Source: Cladosporium halotolerans
Lineage: Eukaryota
DNA length: 64,000 nucleotides
Reading direction: 5' to 3'
Assembly: GCF_011745625.1 (NCBI RefSeq)
Contig: NW_027191452.1
Span: 744,001-808,000, forward strand
A program made the position numbers and the translations under genes. A model generated the notes under the pieces. That model was not told where the DNA came from, ran no database searches, and worked only from the letters and a program-made list of their open reading frames with translations. The stretch's first letter is position 1. Each line of letters begins with the position of its first letter. This document shows, in pieces, positions 50,301 to 61,179 of the stretch.

Positions 50301-51115
50301 AGTCTCGAACCCTTTTCAACGGCGCTTCGAATCTCCGCCACGACAGGAGTGTTGCCAGTCTTTTTCTTGAAGACCTGTACGATGTTGGCCGCACTGCGCT
50401 CCTGCGCAATCAAGACCTTTTCACTACCGTTGATGATGAAGTAACCACCCTGGTCAAAAGGACACTCCTGAAATGCGTAAAGCTGTTGTTCCGATCTGTT
50501 ACGAAGCGTGCAGATTTTGGACTTCAGCATGACAGGCAGCTTTCCAAGGTAGACCCGAGCATTGTCTTCAGTCGTGTCGTTAGGATCCGGTCCCCATTCA
50601 AGCTCGGTCTCGCCTCCTTCCTCCCAGTCTTCCGGCGGAACCCACATCTGCTCTTCCTCGCTCCATGTTGCGCCCACCGGCTTCTCCCTCGCGACTTGAA
50701 GTTTCTTCTTCAGCTCCGCGTATATGGGCGAAGAGTATGTGAGGTTTCGAAGCCTGCACTCGTGGGGGAAGATAGGACGTGTGCTACCATCCGCTTCTGT
50801 TACGCAGGCTTGCGAGATTGTCACGCTCCCGAACTCGAGTTGGAACCGTCTCTTTACAATTGGCGCGCCTGTCCCATCATCTTCTCCCATCGGCACATTC
50901 TGGTCGACCATAACAGTACCGGACTCGCTGATGATCTCCTGGAGCGTGGTACTGGCAAATTCGTCGAAGGAGTCGAGCTGCTGCGAAACCAGGCCTTTGT
51001 CGCGGAAGAACGCCTCGATGACCTGCCAGCAGTCCTCAGAAGTGATGACGTTGTCATCATATTCGTCCATCTCCATGCCCTCCTCGATGATGTCGCCGTT
51101 CGTGTAGGCAGCCAT
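47306..51115 (-). CDS. RPB2: RNA polymerase II second-largest subunit, intronless
   Basis: [49 protein letters not shown] and C-terminal Zn motif; 1269 aa. Confidence 0.98.
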   Translation of the reverse strand: MAAYTNGDIIEEGMEMDEYDDNVITSEDCWQVIEAFFRDKGLVSQQLDSFDEFASTTLQEIISESGTVMVDQNVPMGEDDGTGAPIVKRRFQLEFGSVTISQACVTEADGSTRPIFPHECRLRNLTYSSPIYAELKKKLQVAREKPVGATWSEEEQMWVPPEDWEEGGETELEWGPDPNDTTEDNARVYLGKLPVMLKSKICTLRNRSEQQLYAFQECPFDQGGYFIINGSEKVLIAQERSAANIVQVFKKKTGNTPVVAEIRSAVEKGSRLISSMQVKLVTGSEASKNGAFGSTIKCSLPYIKQDVPIAIVFRALGIVSDEDILNHICRKSDTQMLEMLKPCLEEAFVIQDREVALDFIGRRGNQAGTKAHRIRYARDIMQKEFLPHISQAEGSETRKAFYLGYMVNRLLQCALGRVEEDDRDHFGKKRLDLAGPLMASVFRMKWQQLVRELRQYMHKTIESNKPGGESFNVHNAIKGSVITQGLRYCLATGNWGDQKKAASAKAGVSQVLNRYTYASTLSHLRRTNTPIGRDGKIAKPRQLHNTHWGLVCPAETPEGQACGLVKNLSLMCFVSVGTPGGPLTDFMRQRDMELLEEYDPVMNPNATKVFVNGTWVGVHKNASQLMDVLLDIRRKGLISFECTIIRDVRDREIKIFTDAGRVMRPLFVVDNDPRSLNRGTLMLKQEHVQRLRDDVQKLADPKYNLMSEEERDNDLFGWKGLIKNGVVEYLDAEEEETAMIIMSPDDLEEHRMAREGQEYEEPVLDPHRRIKPKPNTSIHRWTHCEIHPSMILGICASIIPFPDHNQSPRNTYQSAMGKQAMGITMTNYNVRMDTMANVLYYPQKPLATTRSMEFLKFRELPAGQNAIVAIACYSGYNQEDSVIMNQSSIDRGLFRSLFFRAYLDQEKKIGMSVMESFEKPNRGDTLRMKQGTYDKLDSDGIITPGSRVSGDDIIIGKVAPIAPDAEELGQRTKLHVKRDVSTPLRSTENGIIDQVLLTTNSDGLKFVKVRTRTTKVPQIGDKFASRHGQKGTIGITYRQEDMPFTSEGIIPDIIINPHAIPSRMTIAHLIECLLSKVGALRGQEGDATPFTDVTLTTISHILKDYGFQQRGFEVMYNGHTGKKLAAQIFLGPTYYQRLRHMVDDKIHARARGPLQILTRQPVEGRARDGGLRFGEMERDCMISHGASAFLKERLLDVSDAFRVHVCEICGLMTPIANLSKGQFECRPCKNKTKIAQVVIPYAAKLLFQELAAMNVATRLFTDRSGVTIR

Positions 51116-51954
51116 ACTGGGCGAATGTGCGATGCTGGTTGGCGTGGATCAAGAGTTGTCTACCGCCGACTGCGCACCGCACGCTCCTGCGAACGTGACT
51201 TCGCGTAGCGACGAGCGGGGCGGTCACTCCTGCGGTGATGATCGGACGCGCGAGCTGATGGCGCGAAAAGGCGCGATCGCGGCCAGGGCAAGGGAGAAGG
51301 TGGCGTGTCGCGCGAAGTTGTGGCCACAGCAACGAACACCGGAGCCGAGTCTTACCACGAAAGACCCGTGGAAGCGAGTGGCGGAGGTTGGTGGAAGGGC
51401 GATGAGCCGTGAAAGGATGGTGTGTCGGTCTTGTTTCGCTTGGTCGATGTGTTGCTGCTGCTGCTTAGAGATGTTGCCGCGAATGTTCGGCGGCCGCGGG
51501 AGTTTCCGCTCCGTCCCGCTGCCCTCAAGTCAGCGAGCCGTGCCAGGACGCTCCTCACGTGTCAGTACTAGTTGGTCGCAGGAGTGAACTATTGACACAT
51601 AACTTGCACATTCATTTGTAGGAAAGCAATGGCATTCTTACAGATCGTCCTCAGGATTCTTCTTGAGGTAGCATTTCTTCATGAATATCGATACAAACAA
51701 GTCCTGTTGTGCCATGTTTTCGAAAGACTACGCCAAACCCACATGCGCGTGCCACCCTCGTGAAATGCTAGTTGCATGTCCATCAACTTGATAGGAAAAG
51801 CAATGCATGTGAAGGACTGCATGCAAGGCGCCTCCGTGCAATCATCCACACGTGCCTTGGCCTGACGCTGTCCCGTCTTCGCCCCCAATAATGAAACACC
51901 TTTTCCCAAAAGTGAGGTCAAGGTACACCAGAGCCCTGACAGCGTGTGACGCTG

Positions 51955-54225
51955 TTAAGACATCTCCATCCCTTCTTCGCTTTCAGCCTCAACTTCATCG
52001 GCTTCACCGTCTGCAGTGCCCGCTAGACTGTCCAGACGTCCTCTCTTTCTTCCAGGGCCCCAGAATGTACCACTCCCGAGCCTCGCTCCGCCCAGACCAC
52101 CCACTGCTTCAAGCTCTTCTCCTCCCACGACACGGCCTTCTGCGTCGACGCCCTCGCATAACTCAAGCATGGTAGACCGTTTCAGTCGACGGAAGCTATC
52201 CGTTCTCACCACACGGCCCCAATGGGTCATGCAAAAGCTTGCTGCGCGGCGTTTCAGCCAGTCCTCCTGAGCTGTACTGGCACGGTCGAAGATGAGCGCA
52301 GCGTGGAGTACGTCCAGGTCCCGAACAAGACGGTTCACACACAAGTGGCGTAGACGAGGCATGTCGTAGATGTTACTCATCACTAACATGTCTGCCACGT
52401 CCTCCAATGTCGGCCCAGCTGCCAGAGTCCCATTTTCACCGCTAGCGGATGGCTGGGAGGAGATGGAGTCTGTATACAAGTAGTAGAGGAAGGCTTTGAC
52501 GGCAGGATATGGCTCCGGGATGTGCATGCGGCTCGTGTGGAACTCGGACATTTGAGCATTGTAGAGACGGGAGAAATGTGGCCAGCGAGCCGAGAGGATG
52601 AATCTGTGAACGTGGATGGGCTCACTTTGATTTGTTGAACCGGAGTCTTTGGCGTAAGAATTCACTGGGGAGTGTGACACTCCGTCATCAGATCCATTCT
52701 CACCGTCGTAGTCTTCGTCGGACAAGGCAGTGATTGTGAAGTCGGTTCCCGAGCCTGAATCAGGATGCTGATTGAAAGTACAAGCGAGATCAGCACCGAT
52801 GGCAGAAAGATGCGAAGTCGCATAAGTGTCGGATGTCGGGATTCTCTGTTCAGCATGCGCTTCATAATTCATCTTGTTGCCCAGCAGTCCAAATTTTCGG
52901 AGATCGATAGGCAGCACGTCGCTCAAGTAGTCTTCCGCCTCTCCTATGCCCCCACCGCGAAGCTCCCGAGGACATCCAAGTAACCAGGCGTGTGTACCAT
53001 CGGCATTGAGACAGCAGTAGTGCCATCGATAGGAAGGCGCGAAAAGGTCCTTGCCATCTGCTAGCTTCTGCCATCTGAGAGTGTCCAGGTCAAGCACGGA
53101 AAGTGACGTCTCCAGCGGCATATTGGTAGCAGGCGTTACAAAATCAAGCATGCAACCTGAGGTGAAAACGTGGAAATGTGTCCCGACGCTTTGCATAGGG
53201 AGATTTGGTGAAGAGATGAATTTGACCGAGCTGATAGCTCCAGGAGCGACCGGCGGGGTGCGCTGAATCTGTGTAGCCGAGTTGGATTGGACAGAGCTAC
53301 TGTTGGCCGTGTATCCAGAGGCACCATATCCTTGGTTAGCGCTGCTGAAGCCCATACTTGAGCTGCCCTCCGTGGAGCCCGCAAGACCGTACATCGGGCC
53401 TCCTTCGAATGCCGGCGAGCCTCTGAAGTCTAGCCACCAGATCTCGCTTGTGCGCTCCATCTCCTCGCCCATGCCACCACTCACCCATATCTTCCCTCCC
53501 CAAATCCATGTCGCGTGATCATAGCGCGGGACGAATTTCCATGTGCGGCTCCATGTCCACGTCTTGAGATCGAGGAAGCAAATGTCATCCAGTACACCGT
53601 TATCGCTGCCGCTCATACCACCGCAAACGAAGAGTTTGTCGTCGTGAATCACCGCAGAATGCCGCGCCCGGCCTCTCGGAGCCGGTCCGTGAGTTTCCGG
53701 CTGCGTCCAATGCGCCGTCTCGATATCAAAGATCACGATGTCGGAAAGGTGTATTCTGTGCTCATTCTCTCCTCCGTACACAAGCAATTTGTTCCCTTGC
53801 CAAAGACAGGCCGTATGGCCCATGCGCACGCCGGGGATGTCACCGTAATTGTCCACTAAGCTCCACTGGCGCGCATTGAGGTTCAGCTTGAGGACATGGT
53901 TGTACACTTCGTCGGTATACTGATCAAAGCCGCCGAACGCATATATGCAATCGTTGCCGACATATGTGACCGAGGCGTTGACCAGACAAGCCGGGCGCTG
54001 GCCGACGGTGGTGATGATCTTAGGCATGTAGGGTTCCGTGCCATGCCGGCGACTGGTCTTGACCGGCGACCCAGACATGACGAAGGTGTTGTTCGACATG
54101 ACGGAAGTCCTCGCCGATCCACCGGCAGCACGAGTCGAGGCAGAGGAGGAGAGGAGGGCGGAGGGACCGGCGAGGGCGGGGTTTGGAGGGGAGGTGGGAT
54201 GGGGCGTTCGCGCGAGTGCGGCCAT
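51955..54225 (-). CDS. RAL2: Kelch-repeat plus BTB regulatory protein, Ral2-like
   Basis: Kelch GG motifs (AFGGFD, VYGGEN, VCGGMS, VSGGMG) and C-terminal BTB (HVHRFILSARWPHF...FLYYLYTD); first ATG at 54225. Confidence 0.82.
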   Translation of the reverse strand: MAALARTPHPTSPPNPALAGPSALLSSSASTRAAGGSARTSVMSNNTFVMSGSPVKTSRRHGTEPYMPKIITTVGQRPACLVNASVTYVGNDCIYAFGGFDQYTDEVYNHVLKLNLNARQWSLVDNYGDIPGVRMGHTACLWQGNKLLVYGGENEHRIHLSDIVIFDIETAHWTQPETHGPAPRGRARHSAVIHDDKLFVCGGMSGSDNGVLDDICFLDLKTWTWSRTWKFVPRYDHATWIWGGKIWVSGGMGEEMERTSEIWWLDFRGSPAFEGGPMYGLAGSTEGSSSMGFSSANQGYGASGYTANSSSVQSNSATQIQRTPPVAPGAISSVKFISSPNLPMQSVGTHFHVFTSGCMLDFVTPATNMPLETSLSVLDLDTLRWQKLADGKDLFAPSYRWHYCCLNADGTHAWLLGCPRELRGGGIGEAEDYLSDVLPIDLRKFGLLGNKMNYEAHAEQRIPTSDTYATSHLSAIGADLACTFNQHPDSGSGTDFTITALSDEDYDGENGSDDGVSHSPVNSYAKDSGSTNQSEPIHVHRFILSARWPHFSRLYNAQMSEFHTSRMHIPEPYPAVKAFLYYLYTDSISSQPSASGENGTLAAGPTLEDVADMLVMSNIYDMPRLRHLCVNRLVRDLDVLHAALIFDRASTAQEDWLKRRAASFCMTHWGRVVRTDSFRRLKRSTMLELCEGVDAEGRVVGGEELEAVGGLGGARLGSGTFWGPGRKRGRLDSLAGTADGEADEVEAESEEGMEMS

Positions 54226-54370
54226 CAAAGGCTGGCGGCGGTTGTTCCCTTGAACGGTTTTCGCTAGTCGCGAGATGACCTCCACCATCCAGGCACCCAG
54301 GCACGCGAGGCCTCTGTTCAAGCTTTGGAGCAGCCCGGCGTTTCACTGGCTGGCGCGGGTGCTCCCGGTC

Positions 54371-54450
54371 GGCAACGGCAATGACGCAGCCCGTCCGAGC
54401 TGCTCTCGCCTGCGTTGCCCGGCACGACTAGCGCCTCGCTCATTGTTTAC
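54371..54450. promoter_or_regulatory. Forkhead site TTGTTTAC and two GGCAACG RFX-like half-sites upstream of CDC20
   Basis: TTGTTTAC 54443-54450; GGCAACG 54371-54377; CGTTGCC 54413-54419. Confidence 0.45.
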
Positions 54451-54685
54451 TTAACCTTTCCAAAGGCGCTCCATCTCTGGGACCTCACCACCCTCTCATA
54501 CACATACCAACGCACTCTACAAAGCATCACGCACGCGCACAAGCCTCCGGGCTTCTCCTCATACCTCTACCTTCAGTACTGCAAATATCTGCGAAACCAT
54601 ACTAACCGGATCCCTTGACTGGGCCATCTACAGCAACCACTTTTCGCCAACAGCACACCACACATATCGCATTAACACCGCGGAT

Positions 54686-56536
54686 ATGGCCAGCACATCA
54701 GTACTCACTCCCATGAAGCGTCGCGATGGCGTCTTCTCCACCCGCCTCGCTGGTGGCCGCATGCCTCTCACTCCCTCGCCCAAGACCCCCAAGACTACTC
54801 TTGTCCAGGAGGGCCCTTCGGAGAGCATCCACCACAGCAACGCGAACCTCATGTCCCGCTTCACACGCTCCATCTCCAAGACCAACGTCCGTGACTCGCC
54901 CAAGTCCAACATTGCCAGCCGTCCTTCGCCTCGTCGCACCGAGACTGGTGTGAGCGACTTCTCCCTCACTGGCACTGGTCCCCGCCCGAGCTCCTCGGCC
55001 AAGAACACCCCTTCGCGCGCCCGCCGCACTGGTTCTGTCCACCGCACACCCAAGAGGAGCCAGGGCAAAGTCAACTACACCGCCGCCGACCGCTTCGTCC
55101 CCAACCGCACCTCCAGCGAGGCTATCTCTTCCTCCGGAGCTGCCGTCAAGCTTGACCGTCACAGCAACGAGCAGACTCCCAGGCGTTCTAGGTCTAGCGC
55201 AAACGAGGGCTCCGCCTCTCTTGCTGCCGGTGCTGCCTCTGCCTTCGACCTGGGCCGTCCTCGTCTTTCCACCTCTGACACCTCCGCTTCCCTCTCGCTT
55301 GAGGGCCTCAGCCTCAACGACCGTGAGGATGAAGACGACGATGAGGCACCCAAGAACAAGGCCAGCCCCAACACTGTTGCCTACCAGAAGTCTGTTGCTG
55401 AGGCCTGCGGTGTCTCCATGAAGCAGCGCATCCTCGAGTTCAAGCCTGCGGCTCCCGAGTCTTCTCGTCCCATCGACCTCCGTTCTCAGTACAACCGTCC
55501 CCTCAAGCCCACCGCGGCCTCCGCTTCTCAGTTCCGCCGCCGTGTCCTGACCGCACCCGAGCGTGTCCTCGACGCCCCTGGTCTTGTCGACGACTACTAC
55601 CTCAACCTGCTTGACTGGTCGTCCGGCAACCAGGTCGCTATCGGCCTTGAGCGCAATGTCTACGTCTGGTCTGCCGAGTCTGGCTCCGTCTCTTCCCTCC
55701 TCGAGTGCCCCGAGGACACCTACATCTCCTCCGTCAAGTGGTCCGGCGACGGTGCTTACGTCGCCGCTGGCCTCGGCACTGGTGAGGTGCAGATCTGGGA
55801 CGTCGAGGACGGCACCAAGCTCCGCTCCATGTACGGTCACGACACCCGCGTCAGTGCCATGGGCTGGAACAAGCACATCCTCTCCACTGGCGCCCGTTCC
55901 GGTCTAGTCTACAACCACGACGTCCGCATTGCCCAGCACAAGGTCGCCGAGCTCGTTTCCCACACCTCTGAGGTCTGCGGTCTCGAGTGGCGCGCCGACG
56001 GTGCCCAGCTCGCTACTGGTGGCAACGACAACCTCGTCTCCATCTGGGACGCACGCTCTCTGAACGCGCCTAAGTTCCAGAAGACCAACCACAAGGCCGC
56101 CATCAAGGCTCTGTCCTGGTGCCCCTGGCAGTCCAACCTGCTCGCCACCGGTGGCGGCAGCCACGACCGCATGATCCACTTCTGGAACACCACCTCCGGC
56201 GCTCGCGTCAACAGCATCGACACCGGCAGCCAGGTCACCTCCCTCAGGTGGAGCACTGCCTACAAGGAGATCGTCTCTTCCTCCGGCTTCCCCGACAACA
56301 GCCTCAGCATCTGGAGCTACCCGACCCTTGTCAAGAACGTCGAGATCCCCGCCCACGAGTCTCGCGTCCTGCACTCTGCCCTCAGCCCCGACGGCCAGAT
56401 GCTCGCCACCGCCGCCGCCGACGAGTCCCTCAAGTTCTGGAAGGTCTTCGAGAAGAAGGCCGGCTCCGGCTCTCTTGCCGCTGGTGGCAGCACCACGGCC
56501 AAGGCCAGCCTGACCAAGGCTACCACCATCAGGTAG
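54686..56536 (+). CDS. CDC20: APC/C activator Cdc20/Slp1 (WD40), intronless
   Basis: C-box DRFVPNR, PERVLDAPGLVDDYYLNLLDWS, WD repeats and terminal IR tail. Confidence 0.95.
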   Translation: MASTSVLTPMKRRDGVFSTRLAGGRMPLTPSPKTPKTTLVQEGPSESIHHSNANLMSRFTRSISKTNVRDSPKSNIASRPSPRRTETGVSDFSLTGTGPRPSSSAKNTPSRARRTGSVHRTPKRSQGKVNYTAADRFVPNRTSSEAISSSGAAVKLDRHSNEQTPRRSRSSANEGSASLAAGAASAFDLGRPRLSTSDTSASLSLEGLSLNDREDEDDDEAPKNKASPNTVAYQKSVAEACGVSMKQRILEFKPAAPESSRPIDLRSQYNRPLKPTAASASQFRRRVLTAPERVLDAPGLVDDYYLNLLDWSSGNQVAIGLERNVYVWSAESGSVSSLLECPEDTYISSVKWSGDGAYVAAGLGTGEVQIWDVEDGTKLRSMYGHDTRVSAMGWNKHILSTGARSGLVYNHDVRIAQHKVAELVSHTSEVCGLEWRADGAQLATGGNDNLVSIWDARSLNAPKFQKTNHKAAIKALSWCPWQSNLLATGGGSHDRMIHFWNTTSGARVNSIDTGSQVTSLRWSTAYKEIVSSSGFPDNSLSIWSYPTLVKNVEIPAHESRVLHSALSPDGQMLATAAADESLKFWKVFEKKAGSGSLAAGGSTTAKASLTKATTIR

Positions 56537-56855
56537 AGCAAGCACTTCAACGCGCTCGTCTAACGACTCTCGTACTTCAAACGGACCTTGGGAACCGCAG
56601 GTGGCTACACGGCAATTTCAATACAGCACGTACTTTAATGGGTTCGGATGGAGTTTTTTGTCTTTCAATAGGAAATTAAGTTTACATACACTCGTTTCGC
56701 TTTGAACGTTCCAAGATACAAGAAGAAAATGGCAAAAAATGAGAGAGCCATCTTGGTTCTCTCGCTAATGAGGATACATCTTCAAAATGATGGACGTGAC
56801 CGTTCGTTGTATAGCGCCGGTTGGTGAAGTCACCCGCAGTCGCAGTGTCCTGCCG

Positions 56856-57318
56856 CTACGCCATCGGGACGCCCACAGTAATGGGCTTGTCGGCGATCAC
56901 GCGGTCTGCTGTCCCTTGTAGCTCGTCGACCGTCAATTCGTCGAGACTATGTTTTTGTCGCTTCTGTAGCGGTGTGGTTCCATCGACGGTATCGAGCCCC
57001 AACTGGCCTAAGTCCTCCTTGCTTTGACGAGCTTTGAGAATGCCCTGTCCATAGCGGGTCAGTCAATTATGATTTCCAGGTCCACATGAGCATATTTGCC
57101 TTACAATCACGTCACCATTCGGTCTTCTCAGAGAGGCTCCGAGGTTGATTGGAATCTTCTCCAACTGAGGGGCCGCTGTGCCATTCTCGACCTTCTGGCC
57201 GTGGCACTGTTAGCAACAACGCTACCTTTCCGTCTTCAGAGTAGCTCACCTGAGACTCTTGCAGAGGCAGTGCGGCAGCCACTGCCGCATAGGCGAAGGC
57301 AAAGTGCACGATTCTCAT
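56856..57318 (-). CDS. Small secreted cysteine-free protein / possible Kex2-processed peptide precursor (115 aa), 3 exons
   Basis: Exons 57318-57250, 57194-57105, 57044-56856; both introns GT-AG with CTAAC/CTGAC branch sites, phase 0; signal peptide MRIVHFAFAYAAVAAA-LP. Confidence 0.68.
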
Positions 57319-58355
57319 GTCTGCGTACAGAGAAACTCGACAGGCTGATAGAACGTCATGCAGGTCTCAAGAAAGGGGGACAGATCACGGTTTATATTAC
57401 GAATTGCACATACGAATTGCCCATCCAAGCAATGCCATGGCGTCCACGGCAAGATCGTCCGCCCGCGGACATGAGTTGTCGCGACTTTGAGGTGACAGAC
57501 GCGTTTCCGCACGCGGGGACCGTTGTGATACGATGTAATAATCGAGGAGTTATAGGGCCCGCGTTTGATGATGAAGAGCTTAAGATAGGGGCACCGGCTC
57601 GTCCAGATCCGGATTGTGCATTTGTGCGGACTGTTCATGGATCTGAGTTGCTGGACTTTTACGCCTCAGAATCATAGCACTCATTTCAATCCGCCTCGTT
57701 CAAGCGGGTTGTCTAGCGGGTGACAATCATCAAGCATCGCGCGCCCACGTGCGGCAGGTTACCTTGGCATCAATAGAAGGCGAAACGATAGACTAGGCCT
57801 GCAGCAGTCCACGCGAAGATACTTCGATGCAAGGATGGGAAGGATGGTACAGGGCTTGCCTGATGTTCGTTGGTTGCTGTGCAGGTCAAGTGTGCTGGCC
57901 TCATGCAAGCCTTCTCAGAGACCCGGCTTCATGGCCCGGCGCAAGCCACAAACCGCGGTTAATGTCAGCCTTCTATATTCCTGTGGTTCGCTTGCCATGA
58001 GGTGCATCAGGTGTGCATACCCGTCGCATGACGCACGACAGGTGTTTGTGGCACGCGACAAGGGTGACCGGAAGCTTGCCTTGACTTCACCTCGCCGACT
58101 CGCCGAGGGCATGCGGGGTACAACTCCACAACCTTGAAGACGACATCAATCTTTCACGATCACGCAATGGCGCCGGTATTGTTCGCAGCGGTGCTCATAC
58201 TGTTTGTCACCAAATTCGCTGCTTTGACGGCCGTGACAGTATACTTCATCTTCAGTTGAGCCGGCATCCTCCGGACTAAGCGAGTGAGGTACAGTACCTA
58301 TAGCCTGCTGCCTGCGCTTGCGATCTCACCAATTTGTCAAAACAGTGGCAACGAG

Positions 58356-59531
58356 ATGGCTTTCCAGGAGATACCGATTCTTGACCTGGCTCTGGCAAGG
58401 GATGCGTCAACAAAACCCGTGTTCCTCCAACAACTCCGTGATGCCCTGCTCAATGTCGGATTTCTCTACATAGAGAATACCGGCATTGAACAAGCCCTGT
58501 TCGACAAGGTCTGCGATGAAGGCATTCGGTTCTTCGACCTTCCAGAAGACGAGAAACTACGCATCGAAATGAAGAATGCAAAAAGCTTCTTGGGGTATTC
58601 CAAGGTATGCACTCGCTCTACGCGATCAATGACGCCCGCAAATGTGATGGGTAAGTGCTTACGAATCTTACAGCTGGGTAACGAGATAACTGCTTTCAAG
58701 GCAGACTGGCGGGAGCAGCTCGATCTCAGCACGCCACATCCTCTCCCAGAACCAGATGCACCAATATACCACAACCTGCTGAGCCCAAACCAGTGGCCTA
58801 GCGCTGAACTCATGCCTTCTTTCCGACCCGTCTACGAAGACTACATTCGCCAGATGTCCGATGTCAGTATGATCTTCACAAGCCTGATCGCCGAAAGCTT
58901 GGGACTGCAGCCAGATGCATTCGACAGGTTCTTTGACGAAGCTCAGCAACATAAGCTGAAGATCGTCAAATACCCCGACAACGGCACGGGTGTTGGCCAG
59001 GGAGTCGGACCGCACAAGGACAGCATGCTCACTAGCTACCTGCTCCAAGCCAGCGAGGTGAAAGGCCTCCAGGCTCAGAACACCAAGGGAGAATGGATCG
59101 ACTGCCCACCCATCCGCGAAACCCTGGTCGTCGCCATCGGCCAAGGCCTTGAAGCGCTCACCGATGGCGTCTGCGCCAGCACTACTCACCGCGTCCTCTC
59201 CCCAGAGGCCGGCCAGGGCGCTCGCTTCAGCATTCCCTTCTTCCAAGGCGTGAGCTATGACGCCAAGTTTGAGTCGATGGACGTGCCGGATTACGTTCGC
59301 GGGCTGCGCAGGGAGATCCTGGACCGCGAAGGCGGTCGCCGCGATGACGTGGAGTTCACTTTCGTCAAGGGCAGGTGGAATCACCTTGGGGAAGCCACGT
59401 TCGCGAATCGGTGTAAGAGCCACCCGGACGTGTCAGAGCGTTGGTACCCAGATATGCTGGCGAAGATCAGGCAGCAGCAAGCGCGAGAGGCGCAAGAGGC
59501 GCAAGAGGCGCAGGCAGCGCATGCGGCGTAG
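58356..59531 (+). CDS. 2-oxoglutarate/Fe(II)-dependent dioxygenase (IPNS/DIOX_N type), 2 exons
   Basis: IPILDL, NVGFLYI, FFDLP, metal ligands HKD...H (THRV) and RFS co-substrate motif; in-frame intron about 58605-58673. Confidence 0.9.
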   Translation: MAFQEIPILDLALARDASTKPVFLQQLRDALLNVGFLYIENTGIEQALFDKVCDEGIRFFDLPEDEKLRIEMKNAKSFLGYSKVCTRSTRSMTPANVMGKCLRILQLGNEITAFKADWREQLDLSTPHPLPEPDAPIYHNLLSPNQWPSAELMPSFRPVYEDYIRQMSDVSMIFTSLIAESLGLQPDAFDRFFDEAQQHKLKIVKYPDNGTGVGQGVGPHKDSMLTSYLLQASEVKGLQAQNTKGEWIDCPPIRETLVVAIGQGLEALTDGVCASTTHRVLSPEAGQGARFSIPFFQGVSYDAKFESMDVPDYVRGLRREILDREGGRRDDVEFTFVKGRWNHLGEATFANRCKSHPDVSERWYPDMLAKIRQQQAREAQEAQEAQAAHAA

Positions 59532-61179
59532 AAGGCGGCACCAGGTCTGGAAGCGGTGAGATTGGCAAAGCAGACTAGCAGTCCAAATGGCGCATGAGGC
59601 GCGCAAGAACCGCGGCGGTAGAATCACATCCATGCAATCCAAGCCCCGTTGATAGATCCTTCCCGCGCGCAATTTGGCCGACACGAGGGAAGTTTCTGCT
59701 CGTCTCGGTGCTGATGGCGTCCATTGCTGTGCGCAACCCCAACAACCATCGCAGTCGCGGTAAGCGATCTCAGCGGACTCCACAAGCCATCCAGGGCGCC
59801 GAGGGCACCGGAGTGGAGCCCGGCATTTAAAACATCAGCTGCCACGCCGCGCGGGAGCTAGAATCCACTCCAGCCTCTCCAACACTCGCGAACGCGACAG
59901 TCAACTCCCAACCCCGGCCTGCCCTCCTTTATGACGATATTTCTCCGTCGTGGAGCCTTGACGTGCACCCTGACAAACTTCCGCAGGCGCAGAATAGCGC
60001 CTTTGCTTCGTGCCGTGTCCATGTCGGCGATCCGGCAGGGGCAGAACTTCTAGGCGTTTCAGTTGTTTCCAAGAGAACCCGGGCTGAGCGTGCCGTCAGG
60101 ACTCAGGGGTCGAGTCGGCGTGAGATCATTCCAAATCGAGTCGTTCTGATGCATGCACGGTATTAATAGCTATTATTACATCGCTTGGAACGCAGACCAA
60201 ACAACAGAGTATTAAGATGCATCCCGCGGGACCCAGCCCTGCCGCCTCCCTCCTCCTGTGCCGCGTTGTGCGACTGCCGCGCCTGTTCCTCCAAAACTTT
60301 GCCCGGGCCCGGATCAACGCCAGCCCATGCTCGTCCTCCACTGCTCCCGCTTACTCCAGAAGCCATCCCAAGATCGATCGCCCTGCAGCCATGCGCAATC
60401 AACGATGTGTGCTATGCAATCATGTGCCAGACCGAAAACGCCAAAAGTGATTCTCCTCCACAAACTCCGGCTCTGTCGGCGCGCATACCGCACGCCAAGA
60501 AAGACAATGATAGAGGCGGTAAGTGGCAAGTGGGACTTCAGTAGTACCCCGACTCGCGCCTGAAGCCTCCAGCTTTTTATGCAGTCGGAAATTTGCGACC
60601 ACCAAGCCGACTCTCGGACTTGGAGATCAGAGTGGAAATCCACTGAGGGCTCGCTCGCTCAATGTCCGGCTTTTCGGCAGCGGAGGCCCGCCTAAACGGC
60701 TAGAAGCCTGCAATGTTGGTTTTGACTTTTCTCGCGTCGAAACGGTCAGGCAGCGGAGCGTGTCGACTTTGCTTCTAGAGAAAAAAACCCTAAATGCATG
60801 GGCGATCGAAGCCCTCAGTCGTCAATCTGGGTAACGTCTGCCGGTGCGATCGTTCCAGGAGGGCGCTAGAACTTGATCGGGAAGTCGATTGGGCATGGAC
60901 GGGTCCGACCTAGTCTATCATCAAGTGATTATGCAAGGCGAAACCGTGCGGTGCCGGCTGGCGTGTGTGGCCCTCCGATCCAAGTCTGCTGGTCATGTCG
61001 CTTCCTCCAGTAAAAGGCGTTCTCGGATCACTCCGGATCGTGCGTGGTCAGTCTCCTCCGATGGGCTGTAGGGTGTGTCTCGTCATTGTGAAGACGCCCA
61101 GTAGCGAAAATGACAAGAATCATCCATCAGTCCATGTAGAGGCGATAGCCGCCAAAAAAGGTTTCGAGCAAGATGGGCC

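Noticed and set aside
49841..51208. 455-aa plus-strand ORF
   Set aside because: Antisense shadow of RPB2
54698..56545. 392-aa and 213-aa minus-strand ORFs
   Set aside because: Antisense shadows of codon-biased CDC20
57096..57677. 193-aa plus-strand ORF
   Set aside because: Non-ATG start, no domain, and overlaps the better-supported spliced minus-strand gene
59540..61170. Short ORFs between the oxygenase and bZIP genes
   Set aside because: No motifs, codon bias or consistent splice model found
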